Below, piece by piece: positions 49,477-59,609 of a stretch of DNA of 64,000 nt. Where the stretch lies: the NCBI GenBank assembly GCA_016776905.1, contig JADHSM010000001.1, positions 45,743-109,742 of the forward strand, read 5' to 3'. The DNA is from Planctomycetota bacterium. GTDB lineage: Bacteria > Planctomycetota > UBA8108 > UBA1146. The notes under the pieces were generated by a model that was not told the DNA's origin, made no database searches, and worked only from the letters and a program-made list of their open reading frames with translations. Each line of letters opens with the position of its first letter. Position 1 is the first letter of the stretch. The translations under genes and the position numbers were made by a program.

Positions 49477-51135
49477 GTGCGACTTGCTATTGCCCAGATC
49501 AATACGACTGTTGGAGATCTCGAAGGGAATTACACCCTGATTCTAGAGGCTGTTCGTCGTGCCTCTGATCTGGGAGCCGATACGGTTCTCTTTCCGGAGT
49601 TAGCAACATGTGGCTATCCGCCTCAGGATTTGGTCACACGCCCTGATTTTGTTTCTTCAGTTGAAAAAATGAATCAACGCATTGCTGAGGATCTGGAATC
49701 GGGGCCGGCTTTGATTTTGGGAAGTTTGAGAACCTCTCCCGAAGGAAGTTCTAGAGATGTTTACAACAGTGCTCTGATTTTGGATCAGGGGCGACTTCAG
49801 GGATTCCACGATAAAATCCTCTTACCTACATACGATGTCTTCGATGAGGCGCGAACCTTTGAGCCGGGCGGAGAGGCCAGCGTGCATTCCATCCGTGGCA
49901 AAAAAGTGGGAATCGCAATATGTGAGGATCTCTGGACAACAACTCTGAGTGGGCAACCCACCTATTCACGAGATCCAGGACAGGAACTGGTCGAACAAGG
50001 AGCCGAGATCTTACTCAGCCCTTCGGCGAGCCCTTTTCATGCAGGTCGGAAAAAGATCAGGGAGCAAGTCTTTGCTGCCCAGTCCAAACGTTGGGGAGTG
50101 CCCATCTGCTTGGCCAATCTCGTCGGAGGAAATACCGAACTGATTTTTGATGGGGGTAGTTTCTTGATGGATCCCGATGGTTCGATCGAGCGCTGTCCTT
50201 CATTCAGTTCTCATGTCGCACTTGTCGGGGGAGTTGCCAAAAGTGGATTAGATGCTGCCTTAGAAGATACGGATGAAGAATCTTTGCAGGAGATTGCGGA
50301 TGCATTAATTCTGGGGATTTCCGACTTCTTTCAAAAGTGTCATCACGAAACTGCTGTTTTAGGCCTGTCCGGAGGAATCGATTCCGCAGTGGCGGCCTTG
50401 TTGGCAGTGGAGGCATTGGGCTCTGAACATGTTCGGGGAGTGGGAATGCCTGGCCCTTATTCGTCGATAGGAAGTCAGGAAGATGCTGTCGATCTCGCCC
50501 AAAGATTGGGGATCGACTTTCAGATGATCTCGATTCAGGAGTCCTACACTCAGATGAGATCGAGTTTGGAACCGGTATTGGGGACTGGAAATTGGGGCGT
50601 GGCTCAAGAGAACCTACAATCACGCATCCGGGGGACCACTCTGATGACTTTGGCAAACTCGATGCCTGGGGCCATGGTTTTGGCGACGGGGAACAAATCT
50701 GAGCTTTCGGTGGGATACTGCACTCTATACGGTGACATGTGCGGCGGATTGGCCCCTCTGGGGGATCTCTCCAAGCAACAGGTCTATGGGATTGCGAGAC
50801 TGGAGAAATTCAGGGGCCGCATCCCCGATTCGACCCTCGATAAACCCCCTTCTGCGGAACTCGCCCCGGATCAAGTCGATACGGATAGTCTGCCTCCTTA
50901 TGAACAATTGGACGCCATTCTCTCCGGATGGGTTGAGCAAAGGCTTTCATTTCAAGAGATTGTCGATCTCGGAATCCCTGAAGAATCGGTCAGAAGCGTC
51001 ATCCGGCTGATCGAAATCAGTGAACACAAGAGACGGCAATCTGCTCCCATCTTGAGGGTTTCACCTAGGGCATACGGCGTCGGCAGAAGGGTTCCTATCG
51101 CACGATCACTGGATGGCTGGCAACTTCCGTCTTGA
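49477..51135 (+). CDS. nadE: Glutamine-dependent NAD+ synthetase (CN-hydrolase domain plus NAD synthetase PP-loop domain)
   Basis: N-terminal nitrilase-like domain with catalytic Cys in IAICED. PP-loop GLSGGIDSAV. Confidence 0.9.
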   Translation: MRLAIAQINTTVGDLEGNYTLILEAVRRASDLGADTVLFPELATCGYPPQDLVTRPDFVSSVEKMNQRIAEDLESGPALILGSLRTSPEGSSRDVYNSALILDQGRLQGFHDKILLPTYDVFDEARTFEPGGEASVHSIRGKKVGIAICEDLWTTTLSGQPTYSRDPGQELVEQGAEILLSPSASPFHAGRKKIREQVFAAQSKRWGVPICLANLVGGNTELIFDGGSFLMDPDGSIERCPSFSSHVALVGGVAKSGLDAALEDTDEESLQEIADALILGISDFFQKCHHETAVLGLSGGIDSAVAALLAVEALGSEHVRGVGMPGPYSSIGSQEDAVDLAQRLGIDFQMISIQESYTQMRSSLEPVLGTGNWGVAQENLQSRIRGTTLMTLANSMPGAMVLATGNKSELSVGYCTLYGDMCGGLAPLGDLSKQQVYGIARLEKFRGRIPDSTLDKPPSAELAPDQVDTDSLPPYEQLDAILSGWVEQRLSFQEIVDLGIPEESVRSVIRLIEISEHKRRQSAPILRVSPRAYGVGRRVPIARSLDGWQLPS

Positions 51136-51368
51136 GATTCATTGAGAATCCGCTCAGCGATCATCTCTGATCAAGAAGTCGCCTCTGAATGCCGGAACCT
51201 CTTGCCCCGAGCAGGATTACAGATGATTATTAAGTTTGGACCTTCGAGGCCCTGTGGAGTGAGTTCTCCCCAGAGCCCCGTGGGCCCTCTCGATAAATCA
51301 AAAAACAGGGTTGAGCCTCACGTTATTCCGGATCTGAAAAAGATCTGAGGCGAGGGGTGATATGCCAG

Positions 51369-51464
51369 CGTGAGTACTGCTTTTCAAGTACACGTGAGTA
51401 CTGCTTTTCAAGTACACGTGAGTACTGCTTTTCAAGTACACGTGAGTACTGCTTTTCAAGTACA
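51369..51464. repeat. Four perfect tandem copies of a 24-bp unit (cgtgagtactgcttttcaagtaca) about 65 bp upstream of gltA
   Basis: Read directly. Each unit carries AGTACT and, across unit junctions, CACGTG. Confidence 0.9.
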
Positions 51465-51528
51465 TCAGTGGTGCGCGGCAACAAACGGGCTTCCAAGGAA
51501 GTCTAAACACGGGACGGACATGTAGAGG

Positions 51529-52818
51529 ATGAATGAGAAGATGACCACGGAGAATGCCATTCTTCATCTGGGGGACCAACAGGTCTCGCTTCCGGTGTAC
51601 ACAGGCACCGAGGGTGAAAAGGCGATCGATATCCGGAATCTTCGTAAGGAGAGCGGATTTGTGACTCTCGATCCTGGTTATGTGAATACCGGGAGTACCG
51701 AGAGTTCGATCTGTTTCATCGATGGCGAAAAAGGTATTCTTCGATACCGCGGTTACCCCATCGAGCAATTGGCTCAGAAATCAAATTTCGTAGAGACCAG
51801 TTACTTGCTCATTCATGGCGACCTTCCCAATCCTGAACAGTACGAATCGTTTCGAACAAATCTTCGTTTTCATTCGATGATCCACGAAGACATGCGCCAC
51901 TTTTACGAAGGATTCCCTTCTTCAGCGCATCCCATGGCGATCCTTTCGGCGATGGTGATGGGGCTTTCGACTTTTTACACAGATATCGAAGATCCTGAAA
52001 ATGACGATAATCTTGATTTGACGGTTTGCCGTTTGCTTTCAAAAGTTAGAACGCTTGCAGCATTTTCATTCAAGAAGTCCATTGGGCAGCCCTTCATCTA
52101 CCCCGACAACTCGCTCACGTACTGCGGAAACTTTATGCACATGATGTTTAGAGTTCCTGCAGAGCCGTACCACGTAGATCCAGAGGTGGAGAGAGCTCTC
52201 AATCTGCTCCTCATATTGCATGCGGATCATGAGCAGAATTGCTCCACTTCAACGGTTCGAATGGTGGGATCTTCTCTCACCAATCTCTACGCTTGTATCT
52301 CGGCAGGGATCAGTGCTCTCTGGGGATCCCGGCACGGAGGTGCCAATCAGGCGGTACTCGAGCAACTATCGATGATCCATGAAAATGGGGGAGACGTAGC
52401 GAAGTTCATGGAGCAGGTGAAGGACAAGGATTCCCCAACCCGTTTGATGGGATTTGGTCACCGCGTCTACAAAAACTATGATCCCAGAGCAAAGATCATC
52501 AAAGAAGCCTGCGATCGCCTGTTGGATCACCTTGGTGTTGAAGATCCATTGTTGGAAGTGGCCCGAAAGCTTGAGGATATTGCTCTCAGTGATTCCTACT
52601 TCGTGGAGCGCAACCTTTACCCGAACGTCGATTTCTATTCGGGAATCATGTATCGGGCTATTGGTATTCCAACCAACATGTTTACAGTGATGTTTGCATT
52701 GGGTCGTTTACCAGGGTGGATAGCACATTGGCTTGAGCAGCGAGCAAATCCTGCTGATCGCATTCAGCGTCCCCGCCAAATTTACACGGGTGAACAAATG
52801 AGAGCGTACCCGGAATAA
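51529..52818 (+). CDS. gltA: Citrate synthase (type II)
   Basis: GYRGYPIEQLA...LILHADHEQNCSTSTVR...GFGHRVYKNYDPRA. Confidence 0.9.
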   Translation: MNEKMTTENAILHLGDQQVSLPVYTGTEGEKAIDIRNLRKESGFVTLDPGYVNTGSTESSICFIDGEKGILRYRGYPIEQLAQKSNFVETSYLLIHGDLPNPEQYESFRTNLRFHSMIHEDMRHFYEGFPSSAHPMAILSAMVMGLSTFYTDIEDPENDDNLDLTVCRLLSKVRTLAAFSFKKSIGQPFIYPDNSLTYCGNFMHMMFRVPAEPYHVDPEVERALNLLLILHADHEQNCSTSTVRMVGSSLTNLYACISAGISALWGSRHGGANQAVLEQLSMIHENGGDVAKFMEQVKDKDSPTRLMGFGHRVYKNYDPRAKIIKEACDRLLDHLGVEDPLLEVARKLEDIALSDSYFVERNLYPNVDFYSGIMYRAIGIPTNMFTVMFALGRLPGWIAHWLEQRANPADRIQRPRQIYTGEQMRAYPE

Positions 52819-52842
52819 TTCAGAGGGGTCTCTGAAGAAGAT

Positions 52843-53268
52843 TCAGGAACCTTCTATCCACTCGGGTGGAGAGTCTGTGTAGTGTTCGTGTTTCCACACG
52901 GCCACCTCACTTTTGATTTCGAGCATCCCTCTCTCCAGTAATTCAAATCCACGTTTTCTGTGGGGGAGAGAGACTCCTAGCAAGATGCTGGTTTCTCCGA
53001 CCTCAAGCATTCCGAGTCTATGAATAGCGATGGCTTTTGTTGCGCCGGATTCGACAAGACCCGCAACAATCTTCTCAAGGCTTTTTAAAGCGAGAGGTTC
53101 GTGTGAGTGGTACTCGATGCGAGTCACGGTTTGTTCCCTGTTGAGGTCCCTCACGACGCCACAGAAAAGGTGAATAGCACCGCAGGTTGAATCTTGTAAC
53201 CAGCGTGAAGCTTCTTCGGTACTGATGGGGTCTCGGGTTAGCGAGGCTGAATAAGATTCCGGTGACAT
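52843..53268 (-). CDS. moaE: Molybdopterin synthase catalytic subunit
   Basis: IHRLGMLEVGETSILLGVSLPHRKRGFELLERGMLEIKSEVAVWKHE. Confidence 0.8.
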   Translation of the reverse strand: MSPESYSASLTRDPISTEEASRWLQDSTCGAIHLFCGVVRDLNREQTVTRIEYHSHEPLALKSLEKIVAGLVESGATKAIAIHRLGMLEVGETSILLGVSLPHRKRGFELLERGMLEIKSEVAVWKHEHYTDSPPEWIEGS

Positions 53269-53273
53269 CCGCT

Positions 53274-53519
53274 CTAACCTCCGCTGACTGGTGGAATCAA
53301 TGCCAATTCAGCACCTTCTGTGATCACAGTTTCTGGTGTGACGAACTCATCTCCAAGAGCCACCCGGACGTGATCCAGTCGTTCTGAGAGTTGAGGATGA
53401 TCTCTACGGATGGCCTCTATGAGGTCGGCCACCCGATCTCCCTCTGTCATTTGTATTTCAATCGTGGAAGATCCGGCTGCATCTTTGAGTGAAGCAAACA
53501 AAAGTATATTCAGGTTCAT
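53274..53519 (-). CDS. moaD: Molybdopterin synthase sulfur-carrier subunit
   Basis: 81 aa, ThiS/MoaD fold, ending in GG. Confidence 0.8.
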   Translation of the reverse strand: MNLNILLFASLKDAAGSSTIEIQMTEGDRVADLIEAIRRDHPQLSERLDHVRVALGDEFVTPETVITEGAELALIPPVSGG

Positions 53520-53583
53520 TTTATCTCCAATAACTCATCATCCTTTGAACAGGATCACAGGTCAACAGGTCGATCGCCATCGA

Positions 53584-54873
53584 TTAATCCTGAAGGTAAT
53601 CTCTCCAAGACTGAACCTCTAAAGATCGAAGATCAGGATCACCATTCGCCCAGAAATGGGGACTGACGATTGTTTTTTGCCGCGATATCGAGGCAAGAGT
53701 CTTCGCTGCAACAACCCTGAGGTCTGGATCCGTGGATTCTAGGCAATCTACGATGGAGTCGGTGAGTAAGAAGCTTCGGGATCCTGGAATAATCGCTTCG
53801 CAAATAGTTATCTTTTGTCTCGGAGTCGCTTCAGTCATGAACGAGTTGAATCTACCGATCCACTCCTGACGTATCGACGAGGTCAGTCGTATGCCACGGG
53901 ATCCAAGTAATTTCGAAACGGAACACCATGCCCATATGGGATCGCTTGATGCCTCAAGGTCTAGTTTGAGAACTTCTAGCAAATCATTTCCGTTGATTCG
54001 ATAGCGGGTGAGCATGCCATCTACAGCCCAACGTCTCAGCTCAGGGTTCATCAGATGTTCCCGAAGTCGTTCTGTCGTGCTTTTCCTCAGGCGGTCGAGG
54101 AGTGATTCTGATTCCGCTAAAACTTGATCGTCTGTGAGTTTGGAAATCGCTCTTATTCTGGATTCCAAATCAGATTCGGCAGGTACAGTTTCTGCAAGAT
54201 GCCAAAAAAGAGCCCATGAGAGCGCGTATCGATAAAGTAGTTCTGAATCGGTGCTATAAAAACTGCGATAATTCCCTTGGACTGTTTCTTCTAGGTCGTT
54301 GAGGAATTGTTGACGTCCTCGGCGGCGCAATTCGCGACGGCATTTTTCATAAAACTTGAGATGGATAGGTGGAATGCTGAAGCCGCCATCTCCAGGGTCG
54401 AATCCGCCTTCAAAGAAGCAGGCGATTCCTTCAACAAGCCACCAACGGCGTTGAATCCCATCGATATTGGAGGTCATATGGTGAGCAAGTTCATGTTGGA
54501 AAGTTTCCAACGACTCGGATTTGAGCAGAATGGAAGTTCCGTCATCGTCCGGATCACCGGACAGCCATATAGAATTCAAAAGACTACTGTACCAGCCCGC
54601 AAATCCAGTCTGATATCGTCGAATGACTGTCCCTGAATCAGCGGGTGTTCCAGATAGAAAAACCGTGACTGGCCGAACTCGTTCTGTCGAGAGAGGCAGT
54701 TGCTGACGAATCCCTTCTGAGGCCCATGACAATCTATTCATGTAAGGGGCAGTGACCTCCTGGGGATGATTGCTGAAGAGAACCCCTCCTGAAGACTCAA
54801 GACGGTGATCATAGACAACTGAGCAGCCACTCCCCATAAAGATGAGCCAGCAGAGCCAAATGCGGTGGGGCAT
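53584..54873 (-). CDS. Lipoprotein with an HExxH zinc-metallopeptidase-like motif (DUF1570-like) and C-terminal helical repeats
   Basis: Lipobox MGSGCS. HELAHH is followed by E in WLVEGIACFFEG. Confidence 0.4.
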   Translation of the reverse strand: MPHRIWLCWLIFMGSGCSVVYDHRLESSGGVLFSNHPQEVTAPYMNRLSWASEGIRQQLPLSTERVRPVTVFLSGTPADSGTVIRRYQTGFAGWYSSLLNSIWLSGDPDDDGTSILLKSESLETFQHELAHHMTSNIDGIQRRWWLVEGIACFFEGGFDPGDGGFSIPPIHLKFYEKCRRELRRRGRQQFLNDLEETVQGNYRSFYSTDSELLYRYALSWALFWHLAETVPAESDLESRIRAISKLTDDQVLAESESLLDRLRKSTTERLREHLMNPELRRWAVDGMLTRYRINGNDLLEVLKLDLEASSDPIWAWCSVSKLLGSRGIRLTSSIRQEWIGRFNSFMTEATPRQKITICEAIIPGSRSFLLTDSIVDCLESTDPDLRVVAAKTLASISRQKTIVSPHFWANGDPDLRSLEVQSWRDYLQD

Positions 54874-54876
54874 GAT

Positions 54877-55323
54877 CTAGAATCCCCTCTGAACAATTGT
54901 TGTGACATGTTCGAGATTTCCTGTGGGACCCACTGCTCTTCTCCAAAGAACTGTTCCGAGGTAACCCCGGAAAGATCGTTCTCTAGAAAAAAAGTAATAG
55001 CGGACTTCATAGACAGGGATCTCAGGGAATCCAGGGTTCTTGGTCGCGAGTTGATTTTTCTCTAGGTGTTGTTGCGTCCACTCTAGGTATTCGTCTGCTG
55101 ACATAGGGCCATTGAGGCCAATCGAAAATTCGACGACGTCTTTTTCTCGGTTCCAAGAGTTCTCTCCCGTCACCTGAGCCGGTGAGCGTAGAGAAACGCA
55201 ACCTACTTGACAGAAGCACGCCAATAGAAGGAACAGAGTCAAGAATCGCAAGTTACTCTTTGCGAAGGGGGATTTCGGCTTAATAGCCTTTGATCCACAG
55301 GTGAGTATTGGAGCGATTTCCAT
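54877..55323 (-). CDS. Small lipoprotein, unknown function
   Basis: Signal peptide with a QVGCVS lipobox. It lies 3 bp downstream of the preceding gene. Confidence 0.35.
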   Translation of the reverse strand: MEIAPILTCGSKAIKPKSPFAKSNLRFLTLFLLLACFCQVGCVSLRSPAQVTGENSWNREKDVVEFSIGLNGPMSADEYLEWTQQHLEKNQLATKNPGFPEIPVYEVRYYFFSRERSFRGYLGTVLWRRAVGPTGNLEHVTTIVQRGF

Positions 55324-55452
55324 CTTCTGGATGTCTCTTTCGAAGGAAGAAGTGCCTTGGGTTTGTTACTTTTAGATGGTACCACGAGCCTACAGGCGGG
55401 TAACTCTGGAATTTGACTGACAGCGGGAATGTTGACCGGATGAGGAAAAGAA

Positions 55453-56967
55453 ATGTCGAACTTGAAAACGGAAATACTACCTGAGCGTGGGGTTCGTTGG
55501 ATTCCCGTGATTCTCGGGCCATTACTCACTCTTCTCACTTATTACCTCGCACCTGCAGAGTATTCCTCCACAGTCAGAGGAACCTTGATGGTTACTGTTT
55601 GGACAGTGACATGGTGGGTGACTGAGGCGATTCCGATCCCGGCAAGCTCTCTGCTCCCAGCGGTACTACTCCCTCTCTTCGGAGTTTGCGATGCGGCCAC
55701 AGCGGCAAAATACTACTCTCATCATCTCATTTTGTTACTTCTCGGGGGATTTATGTTGGCGAGAGCTGTGGAGTGCTCAGGGCTCCACCGCAGAATTGCT
55801 ATTCGTACACTGATATTGCTAGGTTCTTCTCCGAGAAGATTAGCTCTGGGATTCTTGGTGACCTCAGCGATGTTGTCGATGTGGATTTCGAATACTGCGA
55901 CCACATTAATGCTGTTGCCGATTGCCATTTCGGTAGCACGACGCACCGAAGAAAAGAGTTCTCTAGACGGTAGATTTACACTGTGCCTGTTACTTTGTAC
56001 TGCATATGGAGCAAATGTCGGCGGTATCGGAACTCTTATTGGGACTCCGCCCAATTTGATTTTCGTCAAGAACGCGCAAGATCTTATTCCTCCTGTTGAA
56101 GTGGGATTCCTTCAATGGCTGACATTGGGATTGCCTGTCGTCGTTCTCTTTTTGCCGGTGATGTACATCCTTATGACCCGATTCTTGGTGCCTCTCCCAG
56201 CAGGAGAATCTCATGGCGGAGAGGGAATGCTCAGAAAAGAATTGGCGGATTTGGGGCCGATGCGTTCTGAGGAGATCCGGGTATTTATCGTCTTTCTTGT
56301 GACCGCTTTATTGTGGATCACTCGTGGAGGTGGAGAAGTCCCAGGTTGGATTGACATCGTCGGGCCATGGCTTGGCTTAGATCCTGCACTTGCAGGGAAG
56401 TATCTTAACGATTCCATCGTCGCTGTCGCTGCGGGTATCGCCTTATTCGTTGTTCCCTCGAAACCGGGCGGAGCAGCGTTACTGGATTGGGAAAAAGCGA
56501 AAGATGTTCCTTGGGGAATGTTACTTCTCTTTGGTGGTGGATTCGCCATCGGAGGTGCTTTTCAAAGCAGTGGTCTTTCCGAAGAAGTCGGAGCATTGAT
56601 GGCGGGTTGGAACACTCTTCCTTTTCCCGTTCTGGTGATGGCGATTTCTTCAGTCACTACTTTTCTGACGGAAGTCACTTCGAATACAGCCTCGATGCAC
56701 TTATTGATGCCAGTGCTTTCTTCGGCAGCTATTCAAGGCGGTATTTCTCCGATACAGATGATGTTGCCAGCAGTACTTTCAGTTTCTTGTGCCTTCATGC
56801 TTCCTGTGGCCACAGCGCCGAATGCCATCGTTTTTGCGACAGGTAAAATTCCCATACGAACGATGATTCGTTGCGGGATCGTCTTGAATATCGTGGGAGT
56901 GATCATTGTGTTGGTTGTGAGTGTTTTACTCGGTCAATTAGGTTGGTTACCTCAAGCGACTGGCTAG
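55453..56967 (+). CDS. DASS-family (SLC13-like) anion:Na+ symporter
   Basis: 504 aa with about 12-14 TM segments in the internally repeated topology typical of DASS/ArsB-NhaD superfamily permeases. Confidence 0.75.
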   Translation: MSNLKTEILPERGVRWIPVILGPLLTLLTYYLAPAEYSSTVRGTLMVTVWTVTWWVTEAIPIPASSLLPAVLLPLFGVCDAATAAKYYSHHLILLLLGGFMLARAVECSGLHRRIAIRTLILLGSSPRRLALGFLVTSAMLSMWISNTATTLMLLPIAISVARRTEEKSSLDGRFTLCLLLCTAYGANVGGIGTLIGTPPNLIFVKNAQDLIPPVEVGFLQWLTLGLPVVVLFLPVMYILMTRFLVPLPAGESHGGEGMLRKELADLGPMRSEEIRVFIVFLVTALLWITRGGGEVPGWIDIVGPWLGLDPALAGKYLNDSIVAVAAGIALFVVPSKPGGAALLDWEKAKDVPWGMLLLFGGGFAIGGAFQSSGLSEEVGALMAGWNTLPFPVLVMAISSVTTFLTEVTSNTASMHLLMPVLSSAAIQGGISPIQMMLPAVLSVSCAFMLPVATAPNAIVFATGKIPIRTMIRCGIVLNIVGVIIVLVVSVLLGQLGWLPQATG

Positions 56968-56996
56968 TCGAGTTTCAGCGATGAGGGGAAGAGCCT

Positions 56997-57650
56997 CTAA
57001 ACTCTTCCCTTACGCTCAAGGTCCTCAAAGGCCTTGATCAGTGACTTCAATTTCGTGCTCGCCAACTCCAGCGATTCTCCAGTCATGGTTTTATGCTTGT
57101 CTGGATGGTACTTCTTCACGAGTTCCTTGAATCTTTTTCGTATTTGGTCGGGAGTTGCGGATATTTCCAGCCCCAAAGTATGGAGTGGGTGATTTGAAAT
57201 GGGTTTCGACTTTGTGGGGAAGGATTTGTGTTGTTCCTGTGACGAAGTCTGGGGTTCTTTTCTCGTTCCAGAGGATCCCCCAGGGGCGGAAGTGGGTCTT
57301 TTGGATAACCATTGGCGGAGGTGAGAACCGGAATATGTATTCTTTCCGGCCTCCTCGAAGAGCATTCTTCTTTCTTCCCCAAATTGTTGGTGCCATTCCT
57401 GGAGACGAAGGAAATCGGTAGGTGCAAGAGGTTCTATCCAGCCGACGAGCCAGTCGACCAAACCGATGTCTCGTGCAGGTGAGGAGTAAAACCGATTCTT
57501 GCTGATGGTTTCAATTCGATTTTCACGTCTGCAATCGGGACAAGTGTAGATTCGAAAGGGGCCACCCTCTTGCTCATCACGCCCTCGAAGGAGTCCGTCT
57601 CTTTGAATCCAGTTTGGTTGGAGAGTGGATTTACAGAACCAGCAATTCAT
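56997..57650 (-). CDS. J-domain protein with an N-terminal zinc-ribbon
   Basis: CxxC...CPDC at the N-terminus. The C-terminal J domain has KKYHPDK (HPD motif). Its start overlaps the queA stop. Confidence 0.6.
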   Translation of the reverse strand: MNCWFCKSTLQPNWIQRDGLLRGRDEQEGGPFRIYTCPDCRRENRIETISKNRFYSSPARDIGLVDWLVGWIEPLAPTDFLRLQEWHQQFGEERRMLFEEAGKNTYSGSHLRQWLSKRPTSAPGGSSGTRKEPQTSSQEQHKSFPTKSKPISNHPLHTLGLEISATPDQIRKRFKELVKKYHPDKHKTMTGESLELASTKLKSLIKAFEDLERKGRV

Positions 57651-58726
57651 TCAACTTCTCTTGGCTGAATCAACATGCAGTCACCATAGGAATAAAACCG
57701 GAATTCTTTCTCGATAGCATTTTTGTAAAGGGCTCGAGTATTTTCGAGTCCATGAAAGCATGAAACGAGAACTAGCAGCGAAGATCCCGGAAGATGGAAA
57801 TTCGTAAGAAGTCCGTCCACATGTCGAAATTTATACCCGGGAAGAATCGTTAAATCGGTCTCATTTTGTAGGTCTGGGCCCGGTTCTAGATGGGGTAATG
57901 ATTCGAGAACTCTAAGACTCGTTGTTCCTACGGCGATGATGGGGCGACCCTTCGATCTGGCATCCGCGAGAGCTGACCGGCTCTCCGCTGTGATGGAATA
58001 CCATTCAGGATCCACTCTGTGGTCTTTGATTTCTTCAGCTTCGATCGGCTTAAAGGTGCCTGGACCGACATGCAGAGTGATCGGGATCCTAGAGACTCCC
58101 AGGTGTTCAAGTTTGTCCAGAAGGGGTTTGTCAAAGTGAAGGCCAGCTGTGGGGGCCGCTACGGCTCCCGGTTTGTTGGCATACACGGTTTGATATCTGT
58201 CTTTGTCGAGTTCTTTGATGTGATCCGGGAGTGGCGCAGTGCTCTCGGAGTCTCTGCGAATGTAGGGGGGAAGGGGAACTTCCCCGACACTTTCGAGATC
58301 AGTGTTTTTCGGTAATCGAATTCTCCAACTGGATCCACAGCGTTCCACCACAGAAATTTCTACGAGGGGACCTTGGAGTACTTCTCCGGGTTTAATTCTT
58401 CGTGAAGGAGAAAGCCAGGCGAGCCACTCGTCGGCCTGATCGCCCGGTCGAAGCAAGAAGACTTCAATACGTCCTCCGGTACTGCGCTGACACGGGATTC
58501 GAGCAGGGATGACTCGAGTGTTGTTGTAGACCAGAACTTCATCGCCCCGAAGTTGATCGAGAATGTCTCGAAAGTGTCCTTCAGTAGATCCTAAATCACT
58601 TCGACGAGTGAAAAGGCAACGAGAGCCTGATCGCTCTTTTGCAGGTTCCTGAGCGATCAGGTGTTGCGGAAGATCAAACCAGTAACTGCTGAGGGAATGA
58701 TCATTCCCTTCGGGTTCAGTGGTCAT
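57647..58726 (-). CDS. queA: S-adenosylmethionine:tRNA ribosyltransferase-isomerase
   Basis: YWFDLPQHLIAQEP...LVYNNTRVIPARI...LPPYI...AAPTAGLHF. The ATG at 58726 is preferred; the ORF-track start at 58750 overlaps the NYN gene. Confidence 0.8.
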   Translation of the reverse strand: MTTEPEGNDHSLSSYWFDLPQHLIAQEPAKERSGSRCLFTRRSDLGSTEGHFRDILDQLRGDEVLVYNNTRVIPARIPCQRSTGGRIEVFLLRPGDQADEWLAWLSPSRRIKPGEVLQGPLVEISVVERCGSSWRIRLPKNTDLESVGEVPLPPYIRRDSESTAPLPDHIKELDKDRYQTVYANKPGAVAAPTAGLHFDKPLLDKLEHLGVSRIPITLHVGPGTFKPIEAEEIKDHRVDPEWYSITAESRSALADARSKGRPIIAVGTTSLRVLESLPHLEPGPDLQNETDLTILPGYKFRHVDGLLTNFHLPGSSLLVLVSCFHGLENTRALYKNAIEKEFRFYSYGDCMLIQPREVE

Positions 58727-59609
58727 CCTCATCGTCAAAATCGTCGTCAACAGGGCCTCGTGCTCGACGTTTGGATGGGGCGGTTACAAGCTCTTCTTGT
58801 TCTTCGTATTCCATATCATCATCGTCGAGTTCCTCATCCGAGTCGGATGGCTGGAACTGGTTTCCTGAAAGGAGAACGCGTTCATCGAGATGGTGAACTT
58901 GGTCCGCACACTGATAAAGTTCATTTGAGGTCGTATCCCTGAAGGATGCTATCTCGACCCTGACACCTTCATTCTTCAATCGCTCAACGAGTGGTACAAA
59001 GTCGCCATCACCCGTAACAAGAATGCAGACGTCGGTTCGAGGTGCAATAGCGAGTGCATCTAGAGTGATGCCGATATTCCAATCGCCGCTGTTGGAGGGA
59101 TCTGTTCTATCTCCCACAACCCGCTTTCTTACTTCGTATCCATTACGACGAAGAACTTCGATAAATTTATTTTGTTCCATACCCGGTCGCTCGACGATGT
59201 ACGCCAGCGCTCTTTGCAGAACTCTTTTGCTGACGAGATGCTTCAGCAACGTTGCAAACTCAAGTTTTGACTGATAAAGATTTCTCGCAGCATAATACAT
59301 ATTCTGTACATCTACGAAAATGGCCACTCTCTGTTGGCTTGAGAGGTCGTGTCCATCGACCGTCACGAGCATATTTGGAGTGGTGGGTTGAGTTCTACGA
59401 ATTCTATCCACGGCCTCTAGGCCACGGGACATTTCGTCTTTGTGTTTGTTGCGTTCTTCTACGATTTGGTTTTGGAGTTCGATGATTCGTTCCTGGAGGT
59501 CGTCCAAAGAATCTCCACCGCTGCCTGCACCTGCACGAGGTGAGTAATAGATCATGATAAATATCTCCCCTTTGAGTAAATCTATAATTGAGTGTAATGG
59601 ATTTCTCAT
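58716..59609 (-). CDS. NYN/LabA-like (PIN-related) domain protein with a C-terminal poly-acidic tail
   Basis: AIFVDVQNMYY...VCILVTGDGDFVPLVERLKNEGVRVEIASF is the NYN fold signature. The tail is EELDDDDMEYEEQEE...DDDFDDEDDH. Confidence 0.65.
   Translation of the reverse strand: MRNPLHSIIDLLKGEIFIMIYYSPRAGAGSGGDSLDDLQERIIELQNQIVEERNKHKDEMSRGLEAVDRIRRTQPTTPNMLVTVDGHDLSSQQRVAIFVDVQNMYYAARNLYQSKLEFATLLKHLVSKRVLQRALAYIVERPGMEQNKFIEVLRRNGYEVRKRVVGDRTDPSNSGDWNIGITLDALAIAPRTDVCILVTGDGDFVPLVERLKNEGVRVEIASFRDTTSNELYQCADQVHHLDERVLLSGNQFQPSDSDEELDDDDMEYEEQEELVTAPSKRRARGPVDDDFDDEDDH

Noticed and set aside
51369-51464. Possible CRISPR array (also considered for the other tandem repeats)
   Set aside because: The units are directly adjacent with no spacers, there are at most 4 copies, and there are no cas genes. 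These are simple tandem repeats.
51298-51768. Minus-strand 156-aa ORF translating the 24-bp array as YLKSSTHV x4
   Set aside because: The repeat is non-coding promoter DNA upstream of gltA, and the ORF overlaps the gltA 5' end antisense. It is an artefact of the perfect repeat lacking stops.
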